From positions 40 through 64,039 of the forward strand of contig JAUIKM010000030.1 of NCBI GenBank assembly GCA_030430495.1: DNA of 64,000 nucleotides. Direction: 5' to 3'. Both the position numbers and the translations under genes were made by a program. Of this stretch, positions 9,828 to 19,139 are shown one piece after another. Under the pieces are notes generated by a model, which saw only the letters and a list, made by a program, of their open reading frames with translations, searched no databases and was not told the DNA's origin. How positions within the stretch are numbered: the stretch's first letter is position 1; each line of letters begins with the position of its first letter. The stretch is from a bacterium. Lineage in GTDB: Bacteria > Bacteroidota > Ignavibacteria > Kapaibacteriales > UBA7675.

Positions 9828-11846
9828 ATGGACGTCAAGAACTTCATCTTTTTGCCGATTCTCCTCACGGCATTTGGATTTTTAGCGTGGAACGTCAACC
9901 GCCTGCTGGCCTACCTCAAAATCGCCCAGGCCGAAAATCGCTTTGATGAAATCGGAAAACGCGTCAAACAGGCCATTACGGTGGCGCTGTTGCAGACGCG
10001 CATCCTGCGGGACAAAACCGCCGGACCGATCCACGCCGGAATTTTCTGGGGTTTCCTGATTCTGCTGGCCTCCGCGGTGGAAGCCATCCTGGAGGGAATT
10101 TCGCCCGCGCTGCACCTCGACTTCCTCGGGCCGATTTATTCCGTCATAACCGTCCTGACCGACCTGTTCTGCGGCCTGATAATCCTGGCGACGATGATGG
10201 CGCTGTGGCGGCGCTACATCACCAAGGTCAAACGCCTGCAGGTGAAAGCCGAGGCGCTGGAAGCGGGATTGATTCTGGTGACGATTTTCACGATCGTGAC
10301 TTCGCTGCTGCTGCAGAACACGGCGCGGATCGCGATGGGCACGGACTTCGGCTGGGCGGTGCGTCCGCTCGGCGCGCTGCTGGCGCCGATGATGTCGCCC
10401 GAGGCGGCGCACATCATCTTTGAGGTCTGCTGGTGGATGCACATCGTGCTGATCCTGGGTTTTATGAACTACCTGCCCTACTCCAAACACCTGCACGTGC
10501 TGACCTCCGTGCCGAACGTCTTCCTCGGCCCGCTGACGCCGCCGAACAAACTGGCGGCGATGGACTTTGAGGATGAAAACCTCGAAAAATTCGGCGTGAC
10601 GGACATCGAAGACTTCTCCTGGAAAACGCTGCTGGACGGCTACACCTGCACGCACTGCGGCCGCTGTACCAGCGTCTGCCCGGCCAACACAACCGGCAAG
10701 GTGCTGGACCCGCGCATGATTATCGTGAACATCAACGAACGCACGATGGACCGCGCGCCCGAACTCGTGGCCGCCCGCGCCAACGGCAAAGCGTCGGAAG
10801 AAGAAGGTGAAGAAATTGCGCTCGCCAGCGACGAGAAGTCGCTGATCGGCGATTACATCTCCAAGGAAGCGCTGTGGCAGTGCACCACCTGCGGCGCCTG
10901 CATGCGCGAATGCCCCGTCATGATCGAACACGTGCCGGCGATCGTCGGCATGCGCCGTTCGCTTGTGATGATGGAAGCGGACTTCCCGGCCGAGGCGCAG
11001 GTGGCGCTGGACAACCTGGAGACCAACGCGACGCCCTGGGCGTTTTCGGCCGCGGAACGCGCCGACTGGGCGGAAGGACTGGACATCAAAACGGTGGCGG
11101 AAGACCCCGAACTGGACGTGCTTTTCTGGGTGGGCTGCGCCGGCAGCTACGACGAACGCGCCAAAAAGACCTCGCGCGCCTTTGCCGAACTGATGCAGAT
11201 TGCGGGCGTCAACTTCCGCATTCTGGGAACGGAAGAACAGTGCTCGGGCGACCCCGCGCGGCGCATCGGAAATGAATACCTGGCCGACATGCTGATCAAA
11301 ACCAATGTCGAGACCATGAACAACTACAGCATCAAAAAGGTCGTCACGACCTGTCCGCACTGTTTCAACACACTCAAAAACGAATACCCCGAACTGGGCG
11401 GCAACTACGAAGTGGTTCACCACACGCAGTTCATCCGCGAGCTGAGCGAGTCCGGCAAACTCGAATTCGATCGCGACGCCGTCACGGCCAATGCCGTCGC
11501 ATATCACGACTCCTGTTATCTGGGACGCTATAACGAAGAGTACGACGCCCCGCGCGACTCGCTGCTCAAAGTTCCCGGCCTGGACATCCTGGAAGTCAAG
11601 CGCTCAAAGGACAAAGGTTTCTGCTGCGGCGCCGGCGGCGGACGCATGTTCATGGAAGAAACCGAAGGCAAACGCGTCAACGAAGAACGCACCGAGGAGC
11701 TGACGGCCACGGGCGCGGCGACCATCGCGGTCAACTGTCCCTTCTGCATGCAGATGATGTCCGACGGCGTGAAATCGCAGGACAAGGCGGACGACATCGC
11801 CGTCAAGGACGTTGCCGAGATCGTGCTGGAAAGCGTTAAGCGCTGA
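9828..11846 (+). CDS. Membrane-anchored (Fe-S)-binding CCG-domain oxidoreductase (HdrD/GlpC/DsrMK-like fusion)
   Basis: 672 aa with an N-terminal polytopic domain, two 4Fe-4S ferredoxin motifs (CTHCGRCTSVCP, CTTCGACMRECP) and C-terminal cysteine-rich CCG-type motifs (CPHCFNT, YHDSCYLGRYN, FCCGAGGG, NCPFCMQM). Confidence 0.75.
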   Translation: MDVKNFIFLPILLTAFGFLAWNVNRLLAYLKIAQAENRFDEIGKRVKQAITVALLQTRILRDKTAGPIHAGIFWGFLILLASAVEAILEGISPALHLDFLGPIYSVITVLTDLFCGLIILATMMALWRRYITKVKRLQVKAEALEAGLILVTIFTIVTSLLLQNTARIAMGTDFGWAVRPLGALLAPMMSPEAAHIIFEVCWWMHIVLILGFMNYLPYSKHLHVLTSVPNVFLGPLTPPNKLAAMDFEDENLEKFGVTDIEDFSWKTLLDGYTCTHCGRCTSVCPANTTGKVLDPRMIIVNINERTMDRAPELVAARANGKASEEEGEEIALASDEKSLIGDYISKEALWQCTTCGACMRECPVMIEHVPAIVGMRRSLVMMEADFPAEAQVALDNLETNATPWAFSAAERADWAEGLDIKTVAEDPELDVLFWVGCAGSYDERAKKTSRAFAELMQIAGVNFRILGTEEQCSGDPARRIGNEYLADMLIKTNVETMNNYSIKKVVTTCPHCFNTLKNEYPELGGNYEVVHHTQFIRELSESGKLEFDRDAVTANAVAYHDSCYLGRYNEEYDAPRDSLLKVPGLDILEVKRSKDKGFCCGAGGGRMFMEETEGKRVNEERTEELTATGAATIAVNCPFCMQMMSDGVKSQDKADDIAVKDVAEIVLESVKR

Positions 11847-12053
11847 TTCGTCCCGTAAAATCTCCGATCCGGATAAACTTTCCGCCGTTTCACACAAGCA
11901 GCGTTGATTTGTCATTGCCCATGCCGTAAGTTCGCCTTCACTGCTGCTGCTTTCAGACTCCGCACGCCCCCGCGTCGGAATTGAGGAGCCATACAAATAC
12001 AATAGAATGAATTCGTTAACGGGCGCCGGACGGACGCCCGCAGGAGATTATTT

Positions 12054-13040
12054 ATGTCCACCAGACGACTCGCCGGGGCTGCGGCGACGGTTTGCCTGTT
12101 GTTAACAATCGGCGCTTTGTTTAACGTTCAAGAGCTCGTGGCCGGCGGCGCCTGGGTGCCCGGCCAGGGCAAGGGATACATCCAGGCCGGCTTCAGTTCC
12201 AAGTATGCCGACCGCGTGTGGGACAACAACCACGACGAACTGATCCGCACGAACGACGAGGGCGGCACGCACGTCCACGAATTCCACTACGGCTACCTCT
12301 CCGGTGAAATCGGCCTGATCGACAATTTGTCGGGCACCTTTGTTTTCACTTATCTCTGGGGCCGCGAAGGCTACGACAACGAAGAACTGGAAATCAACAA
12401 CGGGCTGAGCGACGCCTGGATAGGTTTAAAATATTCCCTTGCACAAGGCGAATGGCCAATGGCGGTACAGGTGGTGTTGCGCACGCCGTTCTTCTACGAC
12501 CAGGACGGCCCATACACTCGCCACCTGTATCACATGGGCCGCTACCGGCTGCCGGACGGCACGACGGTGGCGGACACGACCTTTCTGGCGATTAACAATC
12601 CGGAGTGGCGCGGACTTAACAAACACGACCTGACGCTGGCTTTCCTTATCAGCCACTCCATGCCGGAGTTAAACAACGCCTGGGCCAACTTCCGCACGGG
12701 ACTCACGCTGCGCGAGGGCGCTCCGGCGGACGAGATTCCGATCGACGTCGACTTCGGACTCGACATTCCGGTCGGCGACTTCCGGCCCAAGTTAACCGCG
12801 GGCGTCGGCGCGGTATTTTCACTCGGCAACAACAGCACGTCCGACGAGAACGACCGATTTAACTTTCCGCCGGGTTTTGCATACGACTTCAACGACGCGG
12901 ACATGGTACGCGGGCGCATTTCCGCCATTCTGCCCGTCTTCGACAACCTGGACTTTGAACTCGGCTACGCGCAGTGGCTGTGGGGACGCGGCGCGCGCCA
13001 GTACAAGGAGCCATTTGCCTCGCTGGCGCTTAAACTTTAA
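12054..13040 (+). CDS. Putative outer-membrane beta-barrel protein
   Basis: Signal peptide (AATVCLLLTIGALF). Alternating aromatic/Gly-rich beta-strand-like segments. No recognisable catalytic motif. Confidence 0.4.
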   Translation: MSTRRLAGAAATVCLLLTIGALFNVQELVAGGAWVPGQGKGYIQAGFSSKYADRVWDNNHDELIRTNDEGGTHVHEFHYGYLSGEIGLIDNLSGTFVFTYLWGREGYDNEELEINNGLSDAWIGLKYSLAQGEWPMAVQVVLRTPFFYDQDGPYTRHLYHMGRYRLPDGTTVADTTFLAINNPEWRGLNKHDLTLAFLISHSMPELNNAWANFRTGLTLREGAPADEIPIDVDFGLDIPVGDFRPKLTAGVGAVFSLGNNSTSDENDRFNFPPGFAYDFNDADMVRGRISAILPVFDNLDFELGYAQWLWGRGARQYKEPFASLALKL

Positions 13041-13169
13041 CGGCTGAAGAACTCTGGAGAAGAGAACGCACAGCGGTCCGGGCAGACGAGTTTTGTCCGG
13101 GCTGTTGTGTTTATGGCGCGGCGGCGGGCTGAGCGCCGGGCGACTTTACACTAGCAGCGGACCTGTGGC

Positions 13170-13392
13170 ATTTTGACTTGAGGCTTCGCCTCCCTTCACT
13201 GCATTCGGGCGGCTTGCTTTTTTCTTTTGTTCGCCACCGGGAGAGAAGTGTTAAGCATGGGAGTCAGTCGCTGAACGACAGGTTCAACAGCCTCAAACCC
13301 GTCGCTCAATGACAAACAAAACAGTCATAAGAGCCTGAGCGAAGCGCGAGCGCAGGGAGCCGCAGAGCTCAAAGCGGTCCGGGATCGCCCCA
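13170..13392 (+). repeat. Dispersed repeat family 2, copy E1 (both blocks)
   Basis: Block 1 is TTGAGGCTTCGCC...GCGGCTTGCTTTTTTCTTTTGTTCGCC. Block 2 is TGACAAACAAAACAGTCATAAGAGCCTGAGCGAAGCGCG...CAGAGCTCAAAGCGGTC. The same two blocks occur at 55750-55972. Confidence 0.7.
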
Positions 13393-13562
13393 CATTCCAC
13401 TGCCCGTACCATTACGTTTTCGTGACAGCCGCGCCCCGCCGACCCGACGCTGAAGAGCCGGAATTGGACATCGCGGATTGACGCCGTAACTTGGGCGCTC
13501 CCTCCGGCGGCGCGAACTCTGCCGTGCCGACCGGCGCATTGTGGCACTCATCCCCGATACCC

Positions 13563-15368
13563 ATGAAACGCTGTATATCGCTTCTCCTGTGTTCCCTTTT
13601 TGTGTTAATCCTGCACAGTGCGGCCGCCATGGCCGCGAACCGCGTGACGTTCAGCTTGCAGAACAGGCAGGCCGCCAACGGCGAGTACACCGCCGAGCTG
13701 TGGGTCCGGACCAGCGACAGCGACGACTGGGTGATTGTGTCCAGTAATATTGCCGTTAACTACAACACCGCCGCGCTGACGGGACTGACGCTCGATCCGG
13801 CACATGAAACCAATACGGAGCTGAGCGACAACTTTGTGGCGGTCACGCAAACGCTCGGTGCGGGATTTGCGCGCATCAACCTGTTAAAATTCCCCGGCTC
13901 GTTCACGCTGAGCAGCGGGACGGATTTTCACATTGCAACGATTAAATGGGATATCCTCGACGGCGACCTGAAAGACGACCTGAGTTTTATCACGAGCGGC
14001 ACAAACACCAGCGTGTTTAACTCGGCCAACCAACTCTCGTACAACACGGGCGACGCCAACGGCTACGGCGTCGAGAATCCGCAGTCGCGCACGATCGACG
14101 GACTTAATATCACCGCACAGCCGCAGGACCAGAGCGCCTGCCTGGACGGCGACGCCGAGTTTTCGATTGCGGCCACCGGCGCCAGCCTGAAATACTGCTG
14201 GGAACACTTCCTCAGCGGCAACTGGACCGGCGTCACCGGCGCGACGACATCTCTGCTTGAGTTAAACGGAGTGGACATCGGCATGGACGGGCGCAGGTAC
14301 CGCTGCGTCGTCAAATCCGCCTCCGACACGCTGACTTCCGACGAGGCCGCGCTGGACATTTTGTCCGCGCCGATTATCGGCGCACATCCGCAGGACAGGA
14401 CAGTCTGCGTCAACAGCGATGCGACCTTCAGCGCAACATTTCTCGGCAGTGCGCCGCTGCTCTTCAACTGGGAATTCAGCGAGGACGAAGGCGCGACCTG
14501 GGACGACGTGCCGGGCGCAAGCGGCGCGCAACTTAAACTGAAAGACGTGACGGTTGATCAGGACGGCAACAGGTATCGCGTGGTGATCAGCAACGACTGC
14601 GGCAGCATCACGAGCCAGGTCGCCGCGCTGACGGTATTAAACACGCCGGTAATCACTCAACATCCGCAGTCGCAGACCGGCACGCTCGGCAGTGAAGTGA
14701 CGTTCAACGTCGAGACCGAAGGCGACGGGTTGACATATCAGTGGCAGTTTGAAGGCGTGGATATTACCGGTGCGGAGTCGGCGAGTTTAACGCTCAAATA
14801 TTTAAGGCCGGCCGATGCGGGCATGTATCGCGTTAAAATCGGCAACAGCTGCGGCGACGTGTTTTCCGACGCAGCCGAGCTGACGCTGGTGGAAGCGCCG
14901 CACCTGAGTTTAACAGCGTATCTGCTGGGTTACTGGAACGGTACGCGCCACCTGCCGGCGTCGATCATGGTGGACCTCTACGAAGGCGCAGACCTGAGCA
15001 CGGCCCTGCGCGCGGCGCGTTTTACGGCTCTGCTGGATGCGGACGGAGCAACTGAGCTGCGCCTGGACGGCGTCACCACGGGCGACTACTGGATAGTAAT
15101 CCGCCACGGCGGCCATCTGGCGGTCGTTTCGGATCGACGCATCACACTGACCAACGGCCAGGAAAGCGCGCACGATTTCACGCTTCCGGCCAATGTGCTG
15201 GGCGGTTTAAGCGCGCTCGACGAAGTTGTGTTAAACGGAACAACCTGGAACGTGCTGCGCACCGGCGACATGAACGGCGACCTGAGCGTCGGCGCGGACG
15301 ACTTCATTCAGCTGCTTCTGCCCTACTTCGGCGCGTCGAATCCGGGAATGGCGCCGGGAATAGAATGA
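13563..15368 (+). CDS. Secreted protein with a cohesin-like N-domain, three Ig-like repeats and the shared C-terminal module ending in a half-dockerin-like motif
   Basis: ATG 13563 gives the signal peptide MKRCISLLLCSLFVLILHSAAAMA. There are three roughly 90-aa repeats of the I(T/I)xxPQxxxxxxxxxxxF...Y.W......W......GA....L.L..V....G.YR..(V/I) type. The C-terminal 150 aa aligns with the tails of the 1594- and 1383-aa proteins. Confidence 0.8.
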   Translation: MKRCISLLLCSLFVLILHSAAAMAANRVTFSLQNRQAANGEYTAELWVRTSDSDDWVIVSSNIAVNYNTAALTGLTLDPAHETNTELSDNFVAVTQTLGAGFARINLLKFPGSFTLSSGTDFHIATIKWDILDGDLKDDLSFITSGTNTSVFNSANQLSYNTGDANGYGVENPQSRTIDGLNITAQPQDQSACLDGDAEFSIAATGASLKYCWEHFLSGNWTGVTGATTSLLELNGVDIGMDGRRYRCVVKSASDTLTSDEAALDILSAPIIGAHPQDRTVCVNSDATFSATFLGSAPLLFNWEFSEDEGATWDDVPGASGAQLKLKDVTVDQDGNRYRVVISNDCGSITSQVAALTVLNTPVITQHPQSQTGTLGSEVTFNVETEGDGLTYQWQFEGVDITGAESASLTLKYLRPADAGMYRVKIGNSCGDVFSDAAELTLVEAPHLSLTAYLLGYWNGTRHLPASIMVDLYEGADLSTALRAARFTALLDADGATELRLDGVTTGDYWIVIRHGGHLAVVSDRRITLTNGQESAHDFTLPANVLGGLSALDEVVLNGTTWNVLRTGDMNGDLSVGADDFIQLLLPYFGASNPGMAPGIE

Positions 15369-15389
15369 CGCCGCAGGTTTAAACACAAA

Positions 15390-15418
15390 AGCCGCGGAAC
15401 GCTTGCGCGCCCGCGGCC
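15390..15418. terminator. GC hairpin between convergent genes (Ig-repeat gene and ahpD)
   Basis: GCCGCGG (15391-15397) pairs with CCGCGGC (15411-15417), preceded by AAAA. Weak T tract. Confidence 0.45.
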
Positions 15419-15533
15419 TCTATCGATCAATCTCTGCTATTCTGTCGTGTAAGTTGCGGAGTTACCTGCGCGGCAGCCTGCCAATCCATTTGTGTCATGC
15501 CTGCCGAATACCGTGTTGCCGCGCGCGTCCTGT

Positions 15534-16127
15534 TTAATTGATGATAGCCGAAACTCCCTTGACGACGGATGCCAACCTGATAGCGTCAAAAATGCGTTCC
15601 TCCGTCGCCCCAGCCTGTCGCACCGATTGTTCGTGAGAATTCACACAGGCTTCACAGCCGTTGACGGCGGATACCGCCAGGCTTGCCAGCTCAAAAAACT
15701 CTTTGCCGAGCACCGGACGGGCCATCAGGGTCATCTTGATGCGCGCCGGCATTTGTTCGTAGTTTTTGTTGTCGCTGAAGTGTCGAAAGCGGTAAAACAC
15801 GTTATTGATTCCCAGCAGGGACGTCAGAGCATGTATTTCGCCGATTTCGGCATCCGTTGCTTCCAGATCGCGCGCCCGGCGCGTGAACGCCTCTTTGAGG
15901 GCGGCGTTCTTTTCGTTAACCGCCACGGCCAGCGCCAGCAGCGCCGCTTCCTTGTCGGTCAGGTGCTGCGAGCCGAGCGTGTTTTTGAGGTTAACCTTGG
16001 TGTCGCGGATGTATTTGATCTCGCCTTCCGCCATGGCGTCGAGCGAGTCGGTTGTTCGCGTACTGTCCAGACCGAGCAGACGTAACAACTCAACCTTGGC
16101 TTCGTGTAGTTCTTCCTTGAGACTCAT
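15534..16127 (-). CDS. ahpD: Alkyl hydroperoxide reductase AhpD (carboxymuconolactone decarboxylase family)
   Basis: 197 aa with the active-site motif GCEACVNSHE (CxxC...H). Lies directly downstream of ahpC. Confidence 0.85.
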   Translation of the reverse strand: MSLKEELHEAKVELLRLLGLDSTRTTDSLDAMAEGEIKYIRDTKVNLKNTLGSQHLTDKEAALLALAVAVNEKNAALKEAFTRRARDLEATDAEIGEIHALTSLLGINNVFYRFRHFSDNKNYEQMPARIKMTLMARPVLGKEFFELASLAVSAVNGCEACVNSHEQSVRQAGATEERIFDAIRLASVVKGVSAIIN

Positions 16128-16213
16128 TATTTCTCCCGTGGTTAATCTTGTCCGTTCTTCCGATTGCTGCGGTCTGCCTGTGAACCACGCCGGCTGTTAA
16201 ACCGGGCGCGGCA

Positions 16214-16768
16214 TTATACGTTCAGCGTCTCTTCGCCTTTCTGCCAGTTGCAGGGGCAGAGTTCGTCGGTTTGCAATGCGTCGAGGGTGCGCACGACTTC
16301 GGCGACGTTACGGCCGACGGAGAGGTCGTACACCGAGACCCAGCGGATGACGCCCTGCGGATCGACGATGAAGGTGGCGCGGTAAGCGATGCGTTCATTG
16401 TCTTCCAGGATGCCCAGTTGTTCGGCCAGCGATTTGCTGGTGTCGGCCAGCATCGGGAAGCGCAGGTCGCGCAGGTCTTCGTGGTTGTTGCGCCATGCCA
16501 GGTGAACAAACTCGGAGTCCGTCGAAGCGCCGATCAGTTCGGCGTCGCGATCGGCAAACTCTTCGTAGTGATTGTTGAATTCAGCGATTTCCGTCGGGCA
16601 CACAAAGGTGAAGTCCTTCGGCCACCAGAACATCACCATCCACTTGCCGGCTTTTTTGTGGTCTTCGGAGTTGATGTCGGCAAACTCTTTGCCTTTGTCG
16701 CGGGATACAACCGCCGTTTTGTTGAATTCGGGGAAAACCGATCCGATACTTGCAATACGTGCACTCAT
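16214..16768 (-). CDS. ahpC: Peroxiredoxin AhpC (typical 2-Cys)
   Basis: 184 aa from ATG 16768 (the track ORF has a spurious upstream extension). Peroxidatic motif DFTFVCPTE; resolving Cys in ELCPCNW. Confidence 0.9.
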   Translation of the reverse strand: MSARIASIGSVFPEFNKTAVVSRDKGKEFADINSEDHKKAGKWMVMFWWPKDFTFVCPTEIAEFNNHYEEFADRDAELIGASTDSEFVHLAWRNNHEDLRDLRFPMLADTSKSLAEQLGILEDNERIAYRATFIVDPQGVIRWVSVYDLSVGRNVAEVVRTLDALQTDELCPCNWQKGEETLNV

Positions 16769-16854
16769 GTTATTCAATCCTGCCTGAACAGTTAAAAAAA
16801 TCAGATGACCTTGTTGGAGTTCACAATTTACGGCGGACTTGGCCGATAAATCAA

Positions 16855-16890
16855 ATCGATACTTTCTATGTTTCAATAGTCGCAAACTAT
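16855..16890. promoter_or_regulatory. OxyR-type operator in the ahpC/oxyR divergent control region
   Basis: ATCG-N7-CTAT-N6-ATAG-N7-CTAT (ATCGATACTTTCTATGTTTCAATAGTCGCAAACTAT). This is close to the ATAG-N7-CTAT-N7-ATAG-N7-CTAT tetrameric OxyR consensus. It sits 22 bp before the oxyR start and about 90 bp before the ahpC start. Confidence 0.6.
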
Positions 16891-16911
16891 GAAGACCGGG
16901 TGGCACAAACC

Positions 16912-17916
16912 ATGACGCTTGTCCAACTCCGATACGTTCTGGCGGTGGCCGAACATCTGCACTTTGCCGAGGCGGCGGCTGCCAGCCACGTTTCCCAACC
17001 GACGCTCAGCATGCAGCTGCGCAAGCTGGAGGACGAACTTGGCGTAACGCTGTTCGACCGCAGTAAACAGCCGGTGCAGCCGACGGAGATCGGCCGTCGC
17101 ATCATCGCCCAGGCGCGCACGGTACTGCGCGAAGCCGACCTGCTGGAAGAGATGGCGCGCGAACTGGCCGGCGAGCCGCGCGGCGAATTCCGCCTGGCCG
17201 TGATTCCGACGCTGGCGCCGGGGCTGCTGCCGCTCTTCCTGGATCGTTTTGCCGAAGAACATCCGCGCGTCGAGCTGATTGTGGAGGAGACGCCGACGGC
17301 GGTGATGCTGCGGCGTCTGCTGGACGACGAGATTGACGCCGGCCTGCTGGCCACGCCCGTCAATACGCCCGGCATCCACGAGGAATTTCTGTTCAACGAG
17401 CCGTTTGTGGCTTATGTCTCGCCGCGCCACCCTCTGTACTCGGAGCCGGAAATCGATGTGGCGCGGATTCCGCGCGAGGACCTCTGGCTGTTGAGCGAGG
17501 GGCACTGCCTGCGCGAGCAGGCCCTGAGTCTCTGCGGTGCGGTTGCGCGCACTGAAGGCGGCACATCCGGCGACGAGAAAAACCGCGTCAGATTTGAAAG
17601 CGGTACGCTGGAGACGCTGCGCAAACTCATCAAACGCGGCGACGGCCTGACGCTGCTGCCCTGGCTGGACGCACGCGATCTGGAAGACCGCAGTCTGCTG
17701 CGCCCGCTGCGCCTGCCGCGCCCCGTACGCGAAATCAGCATCGCCACTTCGCGCCCCTATCGGCGGCGCCCGCTGATCGAGGCGCTCAGGGTTGCCGTTC
17801 AGGCGGCCGCACGCGAGGTTCTGCCGCAGGTCGAGTCCCAGTATCGCGTTGATATTCCTTCGTTTTCCGCGCAAAATCCGACGCGTTCGACGGCCACATC
17901 GACAATGGAACAATGA
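16912..17916 (+). CDS. oxyR: LysR-family hydrogen peroxide-responsive regulator OxyR
   Basis: 334 aa from ATG 16912. wHTH region is MTLVQLRYVLAVAEHLHFAEAAAASHVSQPTLSMQLRKLE. Conserved redox Cys context (LLSEGHCLREQAL). Divergent from ahpCD. Confidence 0.85.
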   Translation: MTLVQLRYVLAVAEHLHFAEAAAASHVSQPTLSMQLRKLEDELGVTLFDRSKQPVQPTEIGRRIIAQARTVLREADLLEEMARELAGEPRGEFRLAVIPTLAPGLLPLFLDRFAEEHPRVELIVEETPTAVMLRRLLDDEIDAGLLATPVNTPGIHEEFLFNEPFVAYVSPRHPLYSEPEIDVARIPREDLWLLSEGHCLREQALSLCGAVARTEGGTSGDEKNRVRFESGTLETLRKLIKRGDGLTLLPWLDARDLEDRSLLRPLRLPRPVREISIATSRPYRRRPLIEALRVAVQAAAREVLPQVESQYRVDIPSFSAQNPTRSTATSTMEQ

Positions 17917-18126
17917 CCGGAATTTTGTAACTTCAAGGCGGCTGAGCTCAGAGCCCGGCCGTTCCGCGGTGCAGGTCCGCTTCCGGGGCGGTCTTCCCGG
18001 CGTCAGACCGCGCATACGCGACGGCACGGACCGGCGCGGTTTCCCATAGCAGTTTTGATCAATCTACCCATGCCTGCCCTTCCGCTCTCGTGCATGCAGG
18101 TTGCAGTTTAGTGGAGTTCCCTCGTA

Positions 18127-19092
18127 GTGAGCGACGTACTCGTCTCAGTCAGGAATTTGCGCACCTCGTTCTTTACCAAGGCGGGCGAGGTCAAAGCGGT
18201 TAATGATGTCTCCTATTCCATCAATAAAGGCCAGACTCTCGGCATCGTCGGCGAAAGCGGATGCGGCAAGTCCGTCACGTCCTACTCGCTCATGCGCCTG
18301 CTGGAATCGCCCGGCAAAGTCGTCGGCGGCGAGGCGCTCGTCGACGGCATCGACATGCTGAAGCTGGATGAGAAACAACTGGGCGAAGTCCGCGGCAACA
18401 AGATCGGCATGATCTTTCAGGAGCCGATGACCGCGCTCAACCCGGTGTTCACGATCGGCTACCAGCTGGACGAGCAGATCATGAAACACATGAAGCTCGA
18501 CAAAAACGCCTCAAAAGAACGCGCCGTCGAAATGCTGCGCGTCGTCGGCATCCCCTCGCCGGGCGAGCGCTACTCCAACTATCCCCACCAGCTTTCAGGC
18601 GGGATGCGCCAGCGCGCCATGATTGCCATGGCCCTCTCCTGCAACCCCGACTTTTTGATTGCCGACGAGCCCACAACGGCGCTCGACGTGACGATCCAGG
18701 GGCAGATACTGGAGCTGATCCAGTCGCTCCAGGAAAAAATGAACATGACGGTGCAGTTCATCACGCACGACCTGGGCGTGATCTCGGAAATTGCCGACAA
18801 CGTCATGGTGATGTACGCCGGCCACACGGTAGAAATCGGACGCGCGGACGATATTTTCAACCGGCCTAAACATCCCTATACTTATCTCTTGTTGGAATCG
18901 ATTCCGCGCCTGGGGCGCCACGTTGAACGACTGCCGACAATTGAAGGCTCCGTGCCCTCCCCGCTCAATCTGCCCCCCGGCTGCCCCTTTCAGAACCGCT
19001 GTCCACGTGCAAGCGACGAGTGCCGCACGGCTATGCCGCCGCTCGAAGAGCATGCCGACAGCCACAAAGTCGCCTGTTTTCATCCGCACTGA
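18127..19092 (+). CDS. Peptide ABC transporter ATP-binding protein (OppD/DppD-type)
   Basis: GTG start. Walker A GESGCGKS, signature LSGGMRQR, Walker B LIADEPT, and a C-terminal oligopeptide-type extension with CPFQNRCP. Confidence 0.88.
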   Translation: MSDVLVSVRNLRTSFFTKAGEVKAVNDVSYSINKGQTLGIVGESGCGKSVTSYSLMRLLESPGKVVGGEALVDGIDMLKLDEKQLGEVRGNKIGMIFQEPMTALNPVFTIGYQLDEQIMKHMKLDKNASKERAVEMLRVVGIPSPGERYSNYPHQLSGGMRQRAMIAMALSCNPDFLIADEPTTALDVTIQGQILELIQSLQEKMNMTVQFITHDLGVISEIADNVMVMYAGHTVEIGRADDIFNRPKHPYTYLLLESIPRLGRHVERLPTIEGSVPSPLNLPPGCPFQNRCPRASDECRTAMPPLEEHADSHKVACFHPH

Positions 19093-19139
19093 TTTATTCA
19101 GCCCGACAAACCGAACTCAACAACATAGAACAGAATTGT

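Noticed and set aside
9882-11507. Long antisense ORFs opposite real genes (9882..11507 at 541 aa; also 16873..18027, 19353..20114, 39347..40213, 45374..46729, 48102..49139, 7498..8493)
   Set aside because: These are typical GC-rich shadow ORFs with Arg/Ala/Gly/His-rich low-complexity translations and no motifs. Each fully overlaps a gene that has strong family signatures on the other strand.
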